From assembly GCA_016839365.1 (NCBI GenBank), contig JAEOUH010000070.1, positions 1 to 64,000 on the forward strand: a stretch of 64,000 nucleotides of DNA, read 5' to 3'. Every line of letters starts with the position of its first letter. Position 1 is the stretch's first letter. The translations under genes and the position numbers were made by a program. The notes below the pieces were generated by a model, which was not told where the DNA came from, did no database searches, and saw nothing but the letters and a program-made list of their open reading frames with translations. The stretch comes from Candidatus Hermodarchaeota archaeon (GTDB lineage: Archaea; Asgardarchaeota; Hermodarchaeia; Hermodarchaeales; Hermodarchaeaceae). Shown here piece by piece: positions 40,594 through 50,240 of the stretch.

Positions 40594-40680
40594 GGATCTA
40601 AGTCAAGTATGTGGGGTTTCACTCTATAACTTGAAAGGAAAACATAGATTTTAAAAGAGTATGATAAGGCAGAACACTAA

Positions 40681-41367
40681 CTAGCCTCGGCTACCGGTTA
40701 GACGGCCATCCGACATAGTCCAATGGCGGTCTGCATACTTGACGAGTTCTTGGTCGTGGGTGACGACGACGAAGGTGATTTTCTCATCCTTATTGAGTTT
40801 GCGGAGAAGCTGCATGATTGATGCGCCGGTTTTGGTGTCGAGGTCGCCAGTCGGTTCATCGGCGAAGACAACTTTTGGTCTGTTGACTAAAGCTCGGGCG
40901 ATGGCCGTTCGCTGTTGTTCTCCACCGGACAGTTGTCGTGGTATGTGATCTTTCCGTTCCACCATATCAACAGCTCGAATGACCTCCATCGCTCGATCTT
41001 CGATTTCTTTGCCTTTGAGAGTTGTTGGCCAGAGAGGAGCAGCAACATTCTCATACACTGTCATAGTGGAGATAAGGTTGAAGAGTTGGAAGATGAACCC
41101 GATTTTTTCTTGTCGGATTTTTGGCAAGATTCGTTCATCAATGACGGTGAGGTCCATTTGGTCAAAGATAATTCGGCCATCCGTTGGGCGGTCAAGGCCT
41201 GATAAGACGTTTAGAAGTGTTGTCTTGCCACACCCGCTTTTTCCTTCAATGACAATGAATTCGCCGGATTGGATAGTCAGATTAATGTCACGGAGGGCAT
41301 GGATAATCTCACGCCCGCGTCGATATTCCTTCTGAACTTTTTGTGCAACAATAATATCGTCTGGCAT
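40681..41367 (-). CDS. ABC ATP-binding protein (LolD/MacB-like)
   Basis: GKSGCGKTT, GFIFQ, LSGGEQQR, ADEPTGDLD, VTHD. Confidence 0.95.
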   Translation of the reverse strand: MPDDIIVAQKVQKEYRRGREIIHALRDINLTIQSGEFIVIEGKSGCGKTTLLNVLSGLDRPTDGRIIFDQMDLTVIDERILPKIRQEKIGFIFQLFNLISTMTVYENVAAPLWPTTLKGKEIEDRAMEVIRAVDMVERKDHIPRQLSGGEQQRTAIARALVNRPKVVFADEPTGDLDTKTGASIMQLLRKLNKDEKITFVVVTHDQELVKYADRHWTMSDGRLTGSRG

Positions 41368-41383
41368 GTCATTTCTTCCTCCA

Positions 41384-41983
41384 TCATTCAGGTCGGGTTA
41401 GAGCCCTCATAGGGCTGATGCGCAGAGAACGCCATAGGAGAATGAGAATCCCAGGTAACTGTACCACCATCACTGCGGCAAATGATATCAACATGAAGAA
41501 CGGGTTAATCAAGATAAGTCGGAGTGCATCGGGAATAAAGATGACAGTATTCCCGAGGGGATCAAAGCTTAACATGATGGCAAAAGAGGCGTAAATGCCG
41601 GTCGCCAGGACTCCGAGGACGGCGATGGTTATCACGGCAGCAATTGTAATGAAGATGACTTCTCCGAGGACCAATTCACGGATATCATGGTTGGACCATC
41701 CGACACATTTCAAGGTAGCAATATCGTCACGTCGTCCATGGGCAAGTAGCCAAGAGAAGATGATTCCCATTATGGTTCCCGCCACAAGAGTCCACCCAAT
41801 AATCACCATGTAATATGTTAAGACATCTGGATTAACTGGAGGGGTGAAGAGTGTGATGTAGTACTGTCGAATGATAAACGCAATCCAAGTAAGTAATATG
41901 GCGTAGGCGACGAGAAAGACGATAAATCGTCGTGTCGTCCGAATGGTGATGCGCCAAGCTTTGAAAAATATCCGAAGAACCAT
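41384..41983 (-). CDS. FtsX-like ABC permease
   Basis: RRDDIATLKCVGWS motif, 4 TM segments, ISPMRAL. Confidence 0.85.
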   Translation of the reverse strand: MVLRIFFKAWRITIRTTRRFIVFLVAYAILLTWIAFIIRQYYITLFTPPVNPDVLTYYMVIIGWTLVAGTIMGIIFSWLLAHGRRDDIATLKCVGWSNHDIRELVLGEVIFITIAAVITIAVLGVLATGIYASFAIMLSFDPLGNTVIFIPDALRLILINPFFMLISFAAVMVVQLPGILILLWRSLRISPMRALTRPE

Positions 41984-42061
41984 AATCAGCCTACCTCGTA
42001 TGCATGGTCACTACTCTCTAATGGAATTCGCCTTAAAACTGCTTTGACTCCTCTGCCTTGG

Positions 42062-42616
42062 CTATTTCTCATCTGTTATTCGCTTAACGATGTTTTGTGC
42101 ATATCGGCTGACCATTCGGGTGGCAAGCTGAATTATCCCAGTCACAACGAGGATAGCGATACAGAGGATAATGATGTTGGGATAAATTGAATTTGTAATG
42201 CTGAATAAATATGGGAAAAGATACTTCCACAATAAATAGATGGCATAGATGCCAGCTAGTGTAAAGAAGACAACTGAGAAGGCAAAGAGCATGAGAATGA
42301 TTTGTCCATCTCCACCCGTAATAGCACCAATTCCTTCGCCCAGGACGAAGTGTTTTACACGTCCATGGGTTCGGATAAAGAAGCCAAAAAAGAGCATAAA
42401 GATTGCGAATGCAACAGCTCCACCAACTAGTAGTAGAAAGATGATGATATCTTGGTTATCTCTGATCAGGGCCCAAACTCCGACAAGCCAAAGTGCATAA
42501 CCGACAAGCGCGCCGATGAGGACCAGGATTGTTAGGAGTTGGATGATGAAGGTTGCGGTTGTTGCTCCAGAAAAAAGACGACTAAGATTTGATTCTCGTG
42601 GTGACTTATCTACCAT
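42062..42616 (-). CDS. four-TM membrane protein
   Basis: Hydrophobic ORF; likely start MVDK. Confidence 0.65.
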   Translation of the reverse strand: MVDKSPRESNLSRLFSGATTATFIIQLLTILVLIGALVGYALWLVGVWALIRDNQDIIIFLLLVGGAVAFAIFMLFFGFFIRTHGRVKHFVLGEGIGAITGGDGQIILMLFAFSVVFFTLAGIYAIYLLWKYLFPYLFSITNSIYPNIIILCIAILVVTGIIQLATRMVSRYAQNIVKRITDEK

Positions 42617-42770
42617 GGTTTTTCCTACCCTCAAAACAGATTACATACCCTCTGCCTGGTGTTACCTCAAAAAGCTTCCGACACCATTTCAAGGCGAAGG
42701 CTTATAGGAGCGGGCGGTGCGGGGATTTTAGTTTCACGGTATTGAATAGAAATCGAATGGCGGCAACCAT

Positions 42771-43694
42771 ATGGGCTCCCTTACTCCCCTCCAAAAAGAC
42801 ATACAGCGTTTAGCTAAAGCAAATCACACGATCATCTTTTCGCACAATTACCAGCCCCCAGAAATCCAAGCCATCGCTGATTATGTGGGGGACAGTTTTG
42901 GGTTGTGTCAAAAAGCCCAACAAATCGAAGCGGATACGATTCTTTTCTGTGGGGTCCGGTTCATGGCCGAGACAGCCGCTATCCTCAACCCCGACAAACT
43001 CGTCCTGATCCCTGATCCCTCAGCTAGGTGTCCCATGGCTGCCCAATTGCCTGCTAATCTCATTCAGGAGGCTAAAAAGCAACATCCTGGGGTTCCAGTG
43101 GTCCTATATGTGAATACTACGGCTGAAGCGAAAGCAGAAGCTGACGTCATCTGCACCTCATCAAATTTGTGCATCATCCTGAAGGCCCTTGATACTAATC
43201 CCGTTCTCTTTGGACCCGATGGAAACATGGCCGAATACGCCCATCATGTGTGCGGATACGAGGTGATTCCTATTCCGGATTATGGCTTTTGCCACGTGCA
43301 TGTGACATTCAGCTTTGATCCCCAAGTTCTCCAATGGAAAGAAACCCATCCCAATGCTAAGCTACTCGTCCACCCTGAATGTGCATGGAATATCCAGGAA
43401 CAAGCTGACTTCATCGGATCCACAGGCCAGATGCTACAATACGCCCGTGCCAGCCCAAATGACACCTTCATTATTTGCACTGAAGTAGATCTTGTCACTC
43501 GTATGCGTTCGGAAATGCCCGAAAAAACCTTCATTCCTGCTCTGGATTATGCCATCTGCAAGGCTATGAAAAAAATCACTCTGGAGAAAGTCAAAGCCAG
43601 CTTACTCAACAACCAATACCAAGTCACTGTACCCAAACCTATCGCCGATAAAGCACGAATGGCGATCCAGCGTATGCTTGACCTTACAAGTTGA
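42771..43694 (+). CDS. nadA: quinolinate synthase
   Basis: HNYQ, GDS, FCGVRFMAETA, CPMA, YVNT, CHVH, HPEC, C..MK. Confidence 0.96.
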   Translation: MGSLTPLQKDIQRLAKANHTIIFSHNYQPPEIQAIADYVGDSFGLCQKAQQIEADTILFCGVRFMAETAAILNPDKLVLIPDPSARCPMAAQLPANLIQEAKKQHPGVPVVLYVNTTAEAKAEADVICTSSNLCIILKALDTNPVLFGPDGNMAEYAHHVCGYEVIPIPDYGFCHVHVTFSFDPQVLQWKETHPNAKLLVHPECAWNIQEQADFIGSTGQMLQYARASPNDTFIICTEVDLVTRMRSEMPEKTFIPALDYAICKAMKKITLEKVKASLLNNQYQVTVPKPIADKARMAIQRMLDLTS

Positions 43695-43765
43695 CTTATT
43701 GAGAAATCTAGTAGAGAGAAGGTTTTTAGAAGCGGTCAAAGCCTAGCATATCACAGTGAATACGA

Positions 43766-44668
43766 ATGTCAACAATTCCTCCCCACTCTTTCCCTGAGCT
43801 ACCCTCACAGCTAGTTCTCCAACGGTTCTATGAGATGCTGGAGGAAGATGTCGGCTTCGGAGACATCACCACCAATGCGTTGGTTCCCCCTAATCACCCA
43901 GCACATGCCCATCTCTTCACGCGGCAAGCTGGAGTAATTGCAGGACTTAGTATCGCTACCATTGTACTACAGGACTTTGGATGTTTTGTTAACCAAAAGC
44001 AAAAAGATGGTACAGCTGTTCAGGCTGATACGACCTTGCTCACCGCTGATGGCCGTGCTACTATTCTTCTCACTCTTGAACGTACACTCCTGAATCTCCT
44101 CCAACGGATGAGCGGTATTGCAACGGCAACAGCGAATCTTTTAGCCATCGCTCGCAAAGCCAATCCCAACATTCGAGTCGCTGCCACCCGGAAAACAGCT
44201 CCGCTGCTACGGCTGTTTGATAAACTTGCTGTTATCATTGGAGGTGGGGATCCTCATCGCTGGCGACTTGATGATGCCATCTTGATCAAAGATAATCATC
44301 TTGCCTTCTACTCGACTCCTGGGGAGGCAGTGAATCAGGCGAGAAACAATTCAAGTTTCTCTACATCCATTGAAGTGGAAGTCACGAATGTGAACGAGGC
44401 AATTTCAGTGGCCGATGCGGAACCTGATATTATTCTATTAGACAACATGGGACCTCGTGAAATCAAAAAAGTCGTTTCATCTCTTAGCAAATCACATCCC
44501 ACAATTCTACTTGAAGCGTCAGGCAACATTACTCCCAATAATATCGCTGAATACGCAAGCACAGGTGTAGATGTCATCTCAGTGGGGTGGATAACCCACT
44601 CCGTTCGAGCGCTTGATCTAAGCATCGATATAACCCCCACCCAAAAGAAAACTCTCTCTGGAGGTTGA
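43766..44668 (+). CDS. nadC: quinolinate phosphoribosyltransferase
   Basis: EDVGFGDITT, ERTLLN...SGIAT, TRKT, HR..L, IKDNH, EVEV, LLDNM, EASG. Confidence 0.96.
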   Translation: MSTIPPHSFPELPSQLVLQRFYEMLEEDVGFGDITTNALVPPNHPAHAHLFTRQAGVIAGLSIATIVLQDFGCFVNQKQKDGTAVQADTTLLTADGRATILLTLERTLLNLLQRMSGIATATANLLAIARKANPNIRVAATRKTAPLLRLFDKLAVIIGGGDPHRWRLDDAILIKDNHLAFYSTPGEAVNQARNNSSFSTSIEVEVTNVNEAISVADAEPDIILLDNMGPREIKKVVSSLSKSHPTILLEASGNITPNNIAEYASTGVDVISVGWITHSVRALDLSIDITPTQKKTLSGG

Positions 44669-44676
44669 GCTAGAAC

Positions 44677-45429
44677 ATGGATTCCAAACCGAATTTTGCA
44701 GAGATCGAAAAAAGAACTACAAAATGGTTGCAGAAATACCTTGAGCAAAGTGTTTGCACAGGATTTGTAGTTGGAATTTCTGGTGGTCTTGATTCGAGCG
44801 TCACCTCAATTTTATGTCGTCGAGTCTCAGATGATACTTTGGGTCTGATATTGCCATGTGGTCATACACCTGAAGATGCTGTCCCAGATGCACAAGCCCT
44901 TGCGGAACAATTCAATATCGATTATCAAACCTATGATCTCACAGCAGCGTATAATTCCTTACTTCTGGCTCTAGGTCTTTCTCCAGAAACGCCAACAACG
45001 ATTCCCTTGGCGAACATCAAGGCTCGTCTTCGAATGGTGGCACTGTATTATGAGGCTAATCAACACAATCGGCTTGTGGTTGGCACCGGCAATCGAACCG
45101 AAATAGCACTTGGGTTTTTTACAAAGTATGGTGATGGGGCAGTGGACTTACTTCCCTTAGGGGCCCTCTTGAAACGTGAAGTCAAAGGACTCGGTGCTCA
45201 TCTAGGTCTACCTGAAAAAATATTAAACAAAATTCCAACTCCTGGATTGTGGCCTGGGCAAACCGATGAGGGTGAACTCGGGGCCAGCTATGAACAGCTT
45301 GATGACCTTGTCGCAGGGAAAACTCCCAAGGGGTTAACCAAAGCACAAATCACCCATTTCAACGAGCGAATTATCAACAATGAACACAAACGCACCCTTC
45401 CACCCATCTGCCCCCAAGAGCCCTCCTGA
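44677..45429 (+). CDS. nadE: NH3-dependent NAD+ synthetase
   Basis: GISGGLDS, NIKARLRM, GTGNRTE, FTKYGDG, PTPGLWPGQTDE. Confidence 0.96.
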   Translation: MDSKPNFAEIEKRTTKWLQKYLEQSVCTGFVVGISGGLDSSVTSILCRRVSDDTLGLILPCGHTPEDAVPDAQALAEQFNIDYQTYDLTAAYNSLLLALGLSPETPTTIPLANIKARLRMVALYYEANQHNRLVVGTGNRTEIALGFFTKYGDGAVDLLPLGALLKREVKGLGAHLGLPEKILNKIPTPGLWPGQTDEGELGASYEQLDDLVAGKTPKGLTKAQITHFNERIINNEHKRTLPPICPQEPS

Positions 45430-45452
45430 AAACGCCGTTAAGTGATTGCACT

Positions 45453-45929
45453 ATGAGTCTCAAAAAACGAATTCTGGGTCCCATCCTAAGCTTCTTCTAT
45501 CATAAGAAGATACACGCATTCAAAGTAAAACTCGATGATCAGATCTATTACGTGTGCGCTCGGTGTTCGGGTCTGTACCTTGGGATTCTACTCGGTTTTC
45601 CCATCTCCTTTATCATGCTCCTTGGTTTTCCCATCTTCTATAGTCTCGGTGATCTTGGCACTACACTTGTTGCCATATTCATCTCATTACCTGCAATCTT
45701 GGATTGGACAACTCAACGACTTGCTTTACGTGAAAGCCGAAACGGCATCCGATTCTGGACAGCACTCCCCACAGGCTTTGCCCTGTCCTGGTATCTCATC
45801 TCACCTGTCTCATTCTTTGTAAAGATTCCCGTTATGGTCGGAGTTCTCATCTTCCTTGCCATCTTCTTCTTCATTGATCGGCGAGACTATACAGAAAATG
45901 AAAATGAGGAAAATAGGTTCGAACAATAG
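45453..45929 (+). CDS. DUF2085-like membrane protein
   Basis: VCARCSGLYLG, DWTTQ, RESRN..R..T. Confidence 0.8.
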   Translation: MSLKKRILGPILSFFYHKKIHAFKVKLDDQIYYVCARCSGLYLGILLGFPISFIMLLGFPIFYSLGDLGTTLVAIFISLPAILDWTTQRLALRESRNGIRFWTALPTGFALSWYLISPVSFFVKIPVMVGVLIFLAIFFFIDRRDYTENENEENRFEQ

Positions 45930-45940
45930 GCTGAATTCAG

Positions 45941-46780
45941 CTATTTTTGTGCTTTAATTCGCTTTAACGCAGTCTTTGCTGCATTCTGAACCGTCTCATC
46001 AGGATCTAGTGTGGCATCTTCAATATCTTTAGCCGCTTCTTCTGGTAATGATTCCATTGCTCCCAGTGCTGTGACCGCAATCACTCGTTGTTCCGGTCGG
46101 TCTGCTCGTAAGGCTTCAAGAAGACCAGGAATAGCATCGGGACCGATTCGCTCCAAAGCTTTCTGGGCCGCCAGTCGAACTTCCATGCCCCTATTCTCGT
46201 GGATAAATTCCTCTTCGTCTGATAACATATTGATTAGAACTGGGACTGCTTCAGGTGCATCTCTGCCTAGATTGCCGATGGCTAGAGCAGCTTCTCCTCG
46301 TACGACTTCATCGCTATCGGAGAGGGCTTCAATCAGCTGTTCCTTAGCTACTAATGCTGCTGTTCCCATGTTCGTAAACACTCGGGCTGAAGCGCGTCGT
46401 ACATCGTCATCATCATGACTCAATAGGTTTGAGAGGGATTCAGCAGCATCTGCTGCATCAGGACCTAGGTAATAAAGTGCTTCTGCGGCATACCGGCAAA
46501 TGTCATCCTCATCACTATCAAGCCCGCTAATGAGACTCGGCAACGCTTCAAGGAGTAGAGGATTGTCGCCAGATTTTGAAGCTATTTCGAAAGCAAAACG
46601 CTGCATCGATTCATCTGAATCTTCAAGCAATTCCATAAGGTCTTGCCATGCATCTTCGTCCTCGTTCACCAGCTGTAAGGCCTTCTGGATTTCGCCTTCT
46701 TCAAGCAATTTATAGAGATCTGACACTTGCGACGCCTCGAGGAGGGTCTTTTTCCTGTTATGATATGGGCTCATATCCAT
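45941..46780 (-). CDS. HEAT/PBS-lyase repeat protein
   Basis: Repeated L.D.D..VR..AA.ALG units. Confidence 0.9.
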   Translation of the reverse strand: MDMSPYHNRKKTLLEASQVSDLYKLLEEGEIQKALQLVNEDEDAWQDLMELLEDSDESMQRFAFEIASKSGDNPLLLEALPSLISGLDSDEDDICRYAAEALYYLGPDAADAAESLSNLLSHDDDDVRRASARVFTNMGTAALVAKEQLIEALSDSDEVVRGEAALAIGNLGRDAPEAVPVLINMLSDEEEFIHENRGMEVRLAAQKALERIGPDAIPGLLEALRADRPEQRVIAVTALGAMESLPEEAAKDIEDATLDPDETVQNAAKTALKRIKAQK

Positions 46781-46838
46781 TCAAAAAGGTTATCGCCGAC
46801 CAGCAGAATTTAACTACCCTAATAAGGGGTTCCCAATT

Positions 46839-47945
46839 CTATAGCTGGATCATCCAATCATATTTTCTTAACCCCAATGCCAGGGTGACAGAGAGCAATT
46901 GAACGCCCTGGCTCCCCCGAATATGGTTATCTAAGAACGAGTTCAAAGCGTCACGTGACGCAAAGCTTGTAAGTAGAATCAGGTTTGCCCTGTCCCCGGT
47001 TTCCAGCACCAGTTTCACTTCTTCAACTGCCCGTAGGTCTGTGTTCAGTTTTGGTAACACCTTGGCATCCACTTCCAATTGAATCAGTGCAATTACTTCC
47101 ATCCCTACTTGTTGGGGATCAACCAAGGTTGTAAACCCCTTAATCACATTATTCTGCTCGAGGCGGGAAACTCGGCTCCGCACCGTTGCGTCACTAACCT
47201 TCAATCGGCGGGCGATGTTTCGAAAAGATAAACGAGCATCTCGCTGTAGGATATTCAGAATCCGTCGATCCACATCATCCAGATCGACACGATACTTTCG
47301 CCGAGAAGGTTTTTCAGCTTCAGGGGTTGGATGAAATCCCAGATAGTGAATTATATCTCCACGATGCACCATGTTCAATCGGTAGATATAGACGGCTTGT
47401 TCCGTCATTACAGATGGCTCAGCGGTGTTCTGGCATTGAAAACATCGGAAAACTAATCGAGGCTTGGCGCCCACCGTTTTACAGTCTAGGCATTGAAAGG
47501 CTTCTTCAGATTTGTAGTCCTGCTGCTCACCGCTCAATAATTCTCCACAAGATGGACACCGTAATCCCTTATCAGTTTCATACTTCGTTCGGGGTCCAAT
47601 GAAACCACAGCTGAAATGTTCAATCACTGGATGGCGAACCAAACGGTTCTTCCCACACGAAGGGCATTGGGATTGGGGATGTAAGTCTGGCGAGGTACAC
47701 TCATGACACGTGAAAATCGACTCCGATAACTCCCCCTCTAAAATACCAGCACGACGTAATCCCTCCAGACGATCTACGGTATCCTTTGCATCCACTTCTA
47801 ACACCTTCTCAGCTTCAGGATACCGAAACCCGTACGGCGCTGCCACATCAAGTACAGGGACTACTTCCTCAATTGTCCCATCCAATAACCGTTTGATAAG
47901 CAACCACGCGCCATGGTCTTCCAATACCGAGGGTTTAAACGTCAC
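46839..47945 (-). CDS. TackOD1-like multi-zinc-ribbon domain fused to an Lrp/AsnC regulator
   Basis: GFRYP...CHEC..CPSC..EHFSCGF..CPSC..CLDC..CFQC, then LDDVDRRILNILQRDAR...TVRSRVSRL...TGD. Likely GTG start at 47945. Confidence 0.85.
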   Translation of the reverse strand: MTFKPSVLEDHGAWLLIKRLLDGTIEEVVPVLDVAAPYGFRYPEAEKVLEVDAKDTVDRLEGLRRAGILEGELSESIFTCHECTSPDLHPQSQCPSCGKNRLVRHPVIEHFSCGFIGPRTKYETDKGLRCPSCGELLSGEQQDYKSEEAFQCLDCKTVGAKPRLVFRCFQCQNTAEPSVMTEQAVYIYRLNMVHRGDIIHYLGFHPTPEAEKPSRRKYRVDLDDVDRRILNILQRDARLSFRNIARRLKVSDATVRSRVSRLEQNNVIKGFTTLVDPQQVGMEVIALIQLEVDAKVLPKLNTDLRAVEEVKLVLETGDRANLILLTSFASRDALNSFLDNHIRGSQGVQLLSVTLALGLRKYDWMIQL

Positions 47946-48089
47946 ATGCCCACCCGCCGTTGCACGATACCCATTATTCACCCGAATCGGGTGCAGATAT
48001 GCTTTGTCCTTTCTTTGAAAACCACAACATCTCAAACCCAACAACCTAGCGAAATGTAACACTTTTAAGAAGATAACAAACCACGCGCC

Positions 48090-48182
48090 TGCGCGAAATC
48101 ATATCATAATGACCTGTTTTTTCGCACCCCATATGGTATATTTTCTACGCAAATGCGCAGTTTATATTACCGGAACTACGCA
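48090..48182. promoter_or_regulatory. array of TGCG/CGCA half-sites (putative operator)
   Basis: Five half-sites, including the inverted repeat TGCGCAGTT...AACTACGCA around TTTATATT. Confidence 0.45.
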
Positions 48183-48214
48183 ATCACCGCTTAATAATTA
48201 GTTCTTCTTGGTAA

Positions 48215-48470
48215 CACAGACTCCGGAAAGCACCCTGGACGTGACGCGGATGTCCGGGCACCTCGAATAACCCTCCCGCCCGGGGAGCCCTCCAATCCTA
48301 TCCTCCCAAATCCCTCCTCCCGTTGTCCGAACCTCAGAAATTTTTTCCGAGGTTCCCGGAACCGACGAGCGTCCTGTGTCTGAGTTACCCCCCTCCTTGC
48401 GGGGATGTAGGGGGATGATCACTCAGGGACGTGCCCGCGCTCTTTGTCGGGCACCTCCACCTTTTTTCCT
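48215..48470 (+). ncRNA. putative structured small RNA 1 (anti-SD-rich)
   Basis: GC-rich stems (CCTGGAC/GTCCGGG, GAACCTC/GAGGTTC, TGAGT/ACTCA), seven CCTCC motifs, terminal hairpin GTGCCCG..CTCTTT..CGGGCAC plus T-run. Confidence 0.55.
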
Positions 48471-48510
48471 GAGACCTCAAACCACGTGCTAATAGAATCC
48501 TACTCTGGCA

Positions 48511-49242
48511 TTATTCTGCTGTTGGTTTTGAATAAAGTCTGGTAAGGACAATGCCTAGAATATTTAGTACCCATGCAGTGGCAACGAGTACGAAGGCATA
48601 CAGGACAAACGCCACGGTGAACTGCACGGCTGAAATCAACACAGCTCCAAGAAATGATAGAAAGAGCCCTATCCATCCAATCCATAGCCCACCCTTCATG
48701 GATCCCTTCATCCGTTTATTCAGTTGAATGCCAACGTACAAGGGAATCAAAAACATGTAGATTGCCCCAAGGAAAATCGCATACATCACCAAGACCAAAG
48801 GCATGGCAACGTAATTGAGCCAACCGTCTGAAACGGTGAACACTGTGAATGGATTCGGAAGAAGAAAGAGCAGAGCCACATAGACTGCGCCACCTAACAC
48901 GATGAGCAGAAATACCCATTTTCGTTTACTGAGGAAGCGGGCGCCGAGACAGAACAATATGATGAATAAGCCATGGAGCCCAGCAAACCCCCAGATCACG
49001 ATGTAAAATGGAAGCAGCTCAACAACACTTGCAGTTGCTGGCAGCATAGCCATTGATATTGCAAATACAAGATACATAAGAAGAATCGACAAGACAAACA
49101 AAAGCCCAAAGATTCTCGTCCAGCGCGTTTTGCCTTCAGCTCGGTTCACAGCAAGAATCGCAAGTAATAGAGAACCAAAGGTTATCGCACAAATCAGCAC
49201 TACAATGGCAAAATGTAGCGGTGTTTCATGAATGAAAAGCAA
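48511..49242 (-). CDS. standalone 7TM membrane protein, paralog 1
   Basis: IHETPLHF N-terminus, seven hydrophobic helices, VSDGWLNYVAMP loop; GGAGGG SD before TTG. Confidence 0.82.
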   Translation of the reverse strand: MLFIHETPLHFAIVVLICAITFGSLLLAILAVNRAEGKTRWTRIFGLLFVLSILLMYLVFAISMAMLPATASVVELLPFYIVIWGFAGLHGLFIILFCLGARFLSKRKWVFLLIVLGGAVYVALLFLLPNPFTVFTVSDGWLNYVAMPLVLVMYAIFLGAIYMFLIPLYVGIQLNKRMKGSMKGGLWIGWIGLFLSFLGAVLISAVQFTVAFVLYAFVLVATAWVLNILGIVLTRLYSKPTAE

Positions 49243-49407
49243 CAAAAATACCCTCCAGCAAGCCCTCCAACGATTTTCTATAAATACACTTCTATTTTCT
49301 CTGAGAGCAACTATCATTCAACTAAATGGTTTCGGTGAAAAAGGAAGGCAGGCCCATTTCCTGTTGATTTCAGGTTACGGGCCAGATGATGAACGGGGTT
49401 ATCCTTG

Positions 49408-50121
49408 CTAGCTTCTTTGTGTCGTTAGGAACCAGGCGATAAGCATGATTATCCAAGCAATGGATGCGAGAATGAAGGTATAGATCATGAAAGGTGCTGT
49501 GTACTGGACAAGCGCCATGAGCAGTACAGCGATGAACCACAGCAGGCTGCCCAACCAGCCGATCCAGGTCCACATCTTCATTGATCCTTCACGGGTCTTT
49601 GCCAGCCTGTAAAGGGTAAGGGTTGGAACCAGAAACAGATAGATGACTGTCAAGAAAGCGGAGTACAACAAGAAGTTTAATGGCATCGCGATGTAGTTGA
49701 CGACTCCATCTGAGACGACGCTCACTGTTGTTGGTGTCACGTAAAACCACATAATTGCAATCCAAGAAAACGTTGCCAGGATTGGAAGATACACAAGCCA
49801 CATTCGCTTCTTAAACCAGGATAGATCGAGGAGATAGAACACCAGGAAGAAAGCATGCAATCCTACAAAGGAGTATACGGCAAGATAGTAGGGGAACAGT
49901 TCATTAGCTGTTGCTGACGCCGGTAATAAGTAGACGGATGCCGCGAGGATGATGAAGGCGAAGAAACCGAAGGCGACTGTCAGGAATCCTGACCAGCCTG
50001 AAGGTGATGGTCGATCACTTCGTAGGGTGCCCATTATACCGAGTAGTGCGAAGAAGAGAAGGATGATGGCAAGCAGTAGTATGACTCCAAAATGGATAGG
50101 TGATTCATGAATGAAGAGCAA
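49408..50121 (-). CDS. standalone 7TM membrane protein, paralog 2
   Basis: IHESPIHF, LPASATANELFPYY, VSDGVVNYIAMP; GGAGGG SD before TTG 50121. Confidence 0.82.
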   Translation of the reverse strand: MLFIHESPIHFGVILLLAIILLFFALLGIMGTLRSDRPSPSGWSGFLTVAFGFFAFIILAASVYLLPASATANELFPYYLAVYSFVGLHAFFLVFYLLDLSWFKKRMWLVYLPILATFSWIAIMWFYVTPTTVSVVSDGVVNYIAMPLNFLLYSAFLTVIYLFLVPTLTLYRLAKTREGSMKMWTWIGWLGSLLWFIAVLLMALVQYTAPFMIYTFILASIAWIIMLIAWFLTTQRS

Positions 50122-50184
50122 TCCAAAGAAACCCTCCGCGCACACATCCTTGATATTTGCTATAAAAACGCTTGCTTTTCCATT

Positions 50185-50224
50185 AAAAAAGAGAGACCCG
50201 ATAACCAAATTTATTGGTTATCGG
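50185..50224 (-). terminator. hairpin plus U-tract terminator of 7TM paralog 3
   Basis: Perfect 11-bp inverted repeat CCGATAACCAA/TTGGTTATCGG followed by a T-run on the minus strand. Confidence 0.65.
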
Positions 50225-50240
50225 ATTAAATTTCACAGCG

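Noticed and set aside
48198-48422. 74-aa minus-strand ORF
   Set aside because: Gly/Arg-biased by-product of the C-rich structured sequence, with no recognisable motif.
48215-48470. SRP RNA, RNase P RNA or tRNA identity for the GC-rich element
   Set aside because: No SRP helix-8 motif, no GAGGAAAGUCC and no cloverleaf/T-loop seen on either strand.
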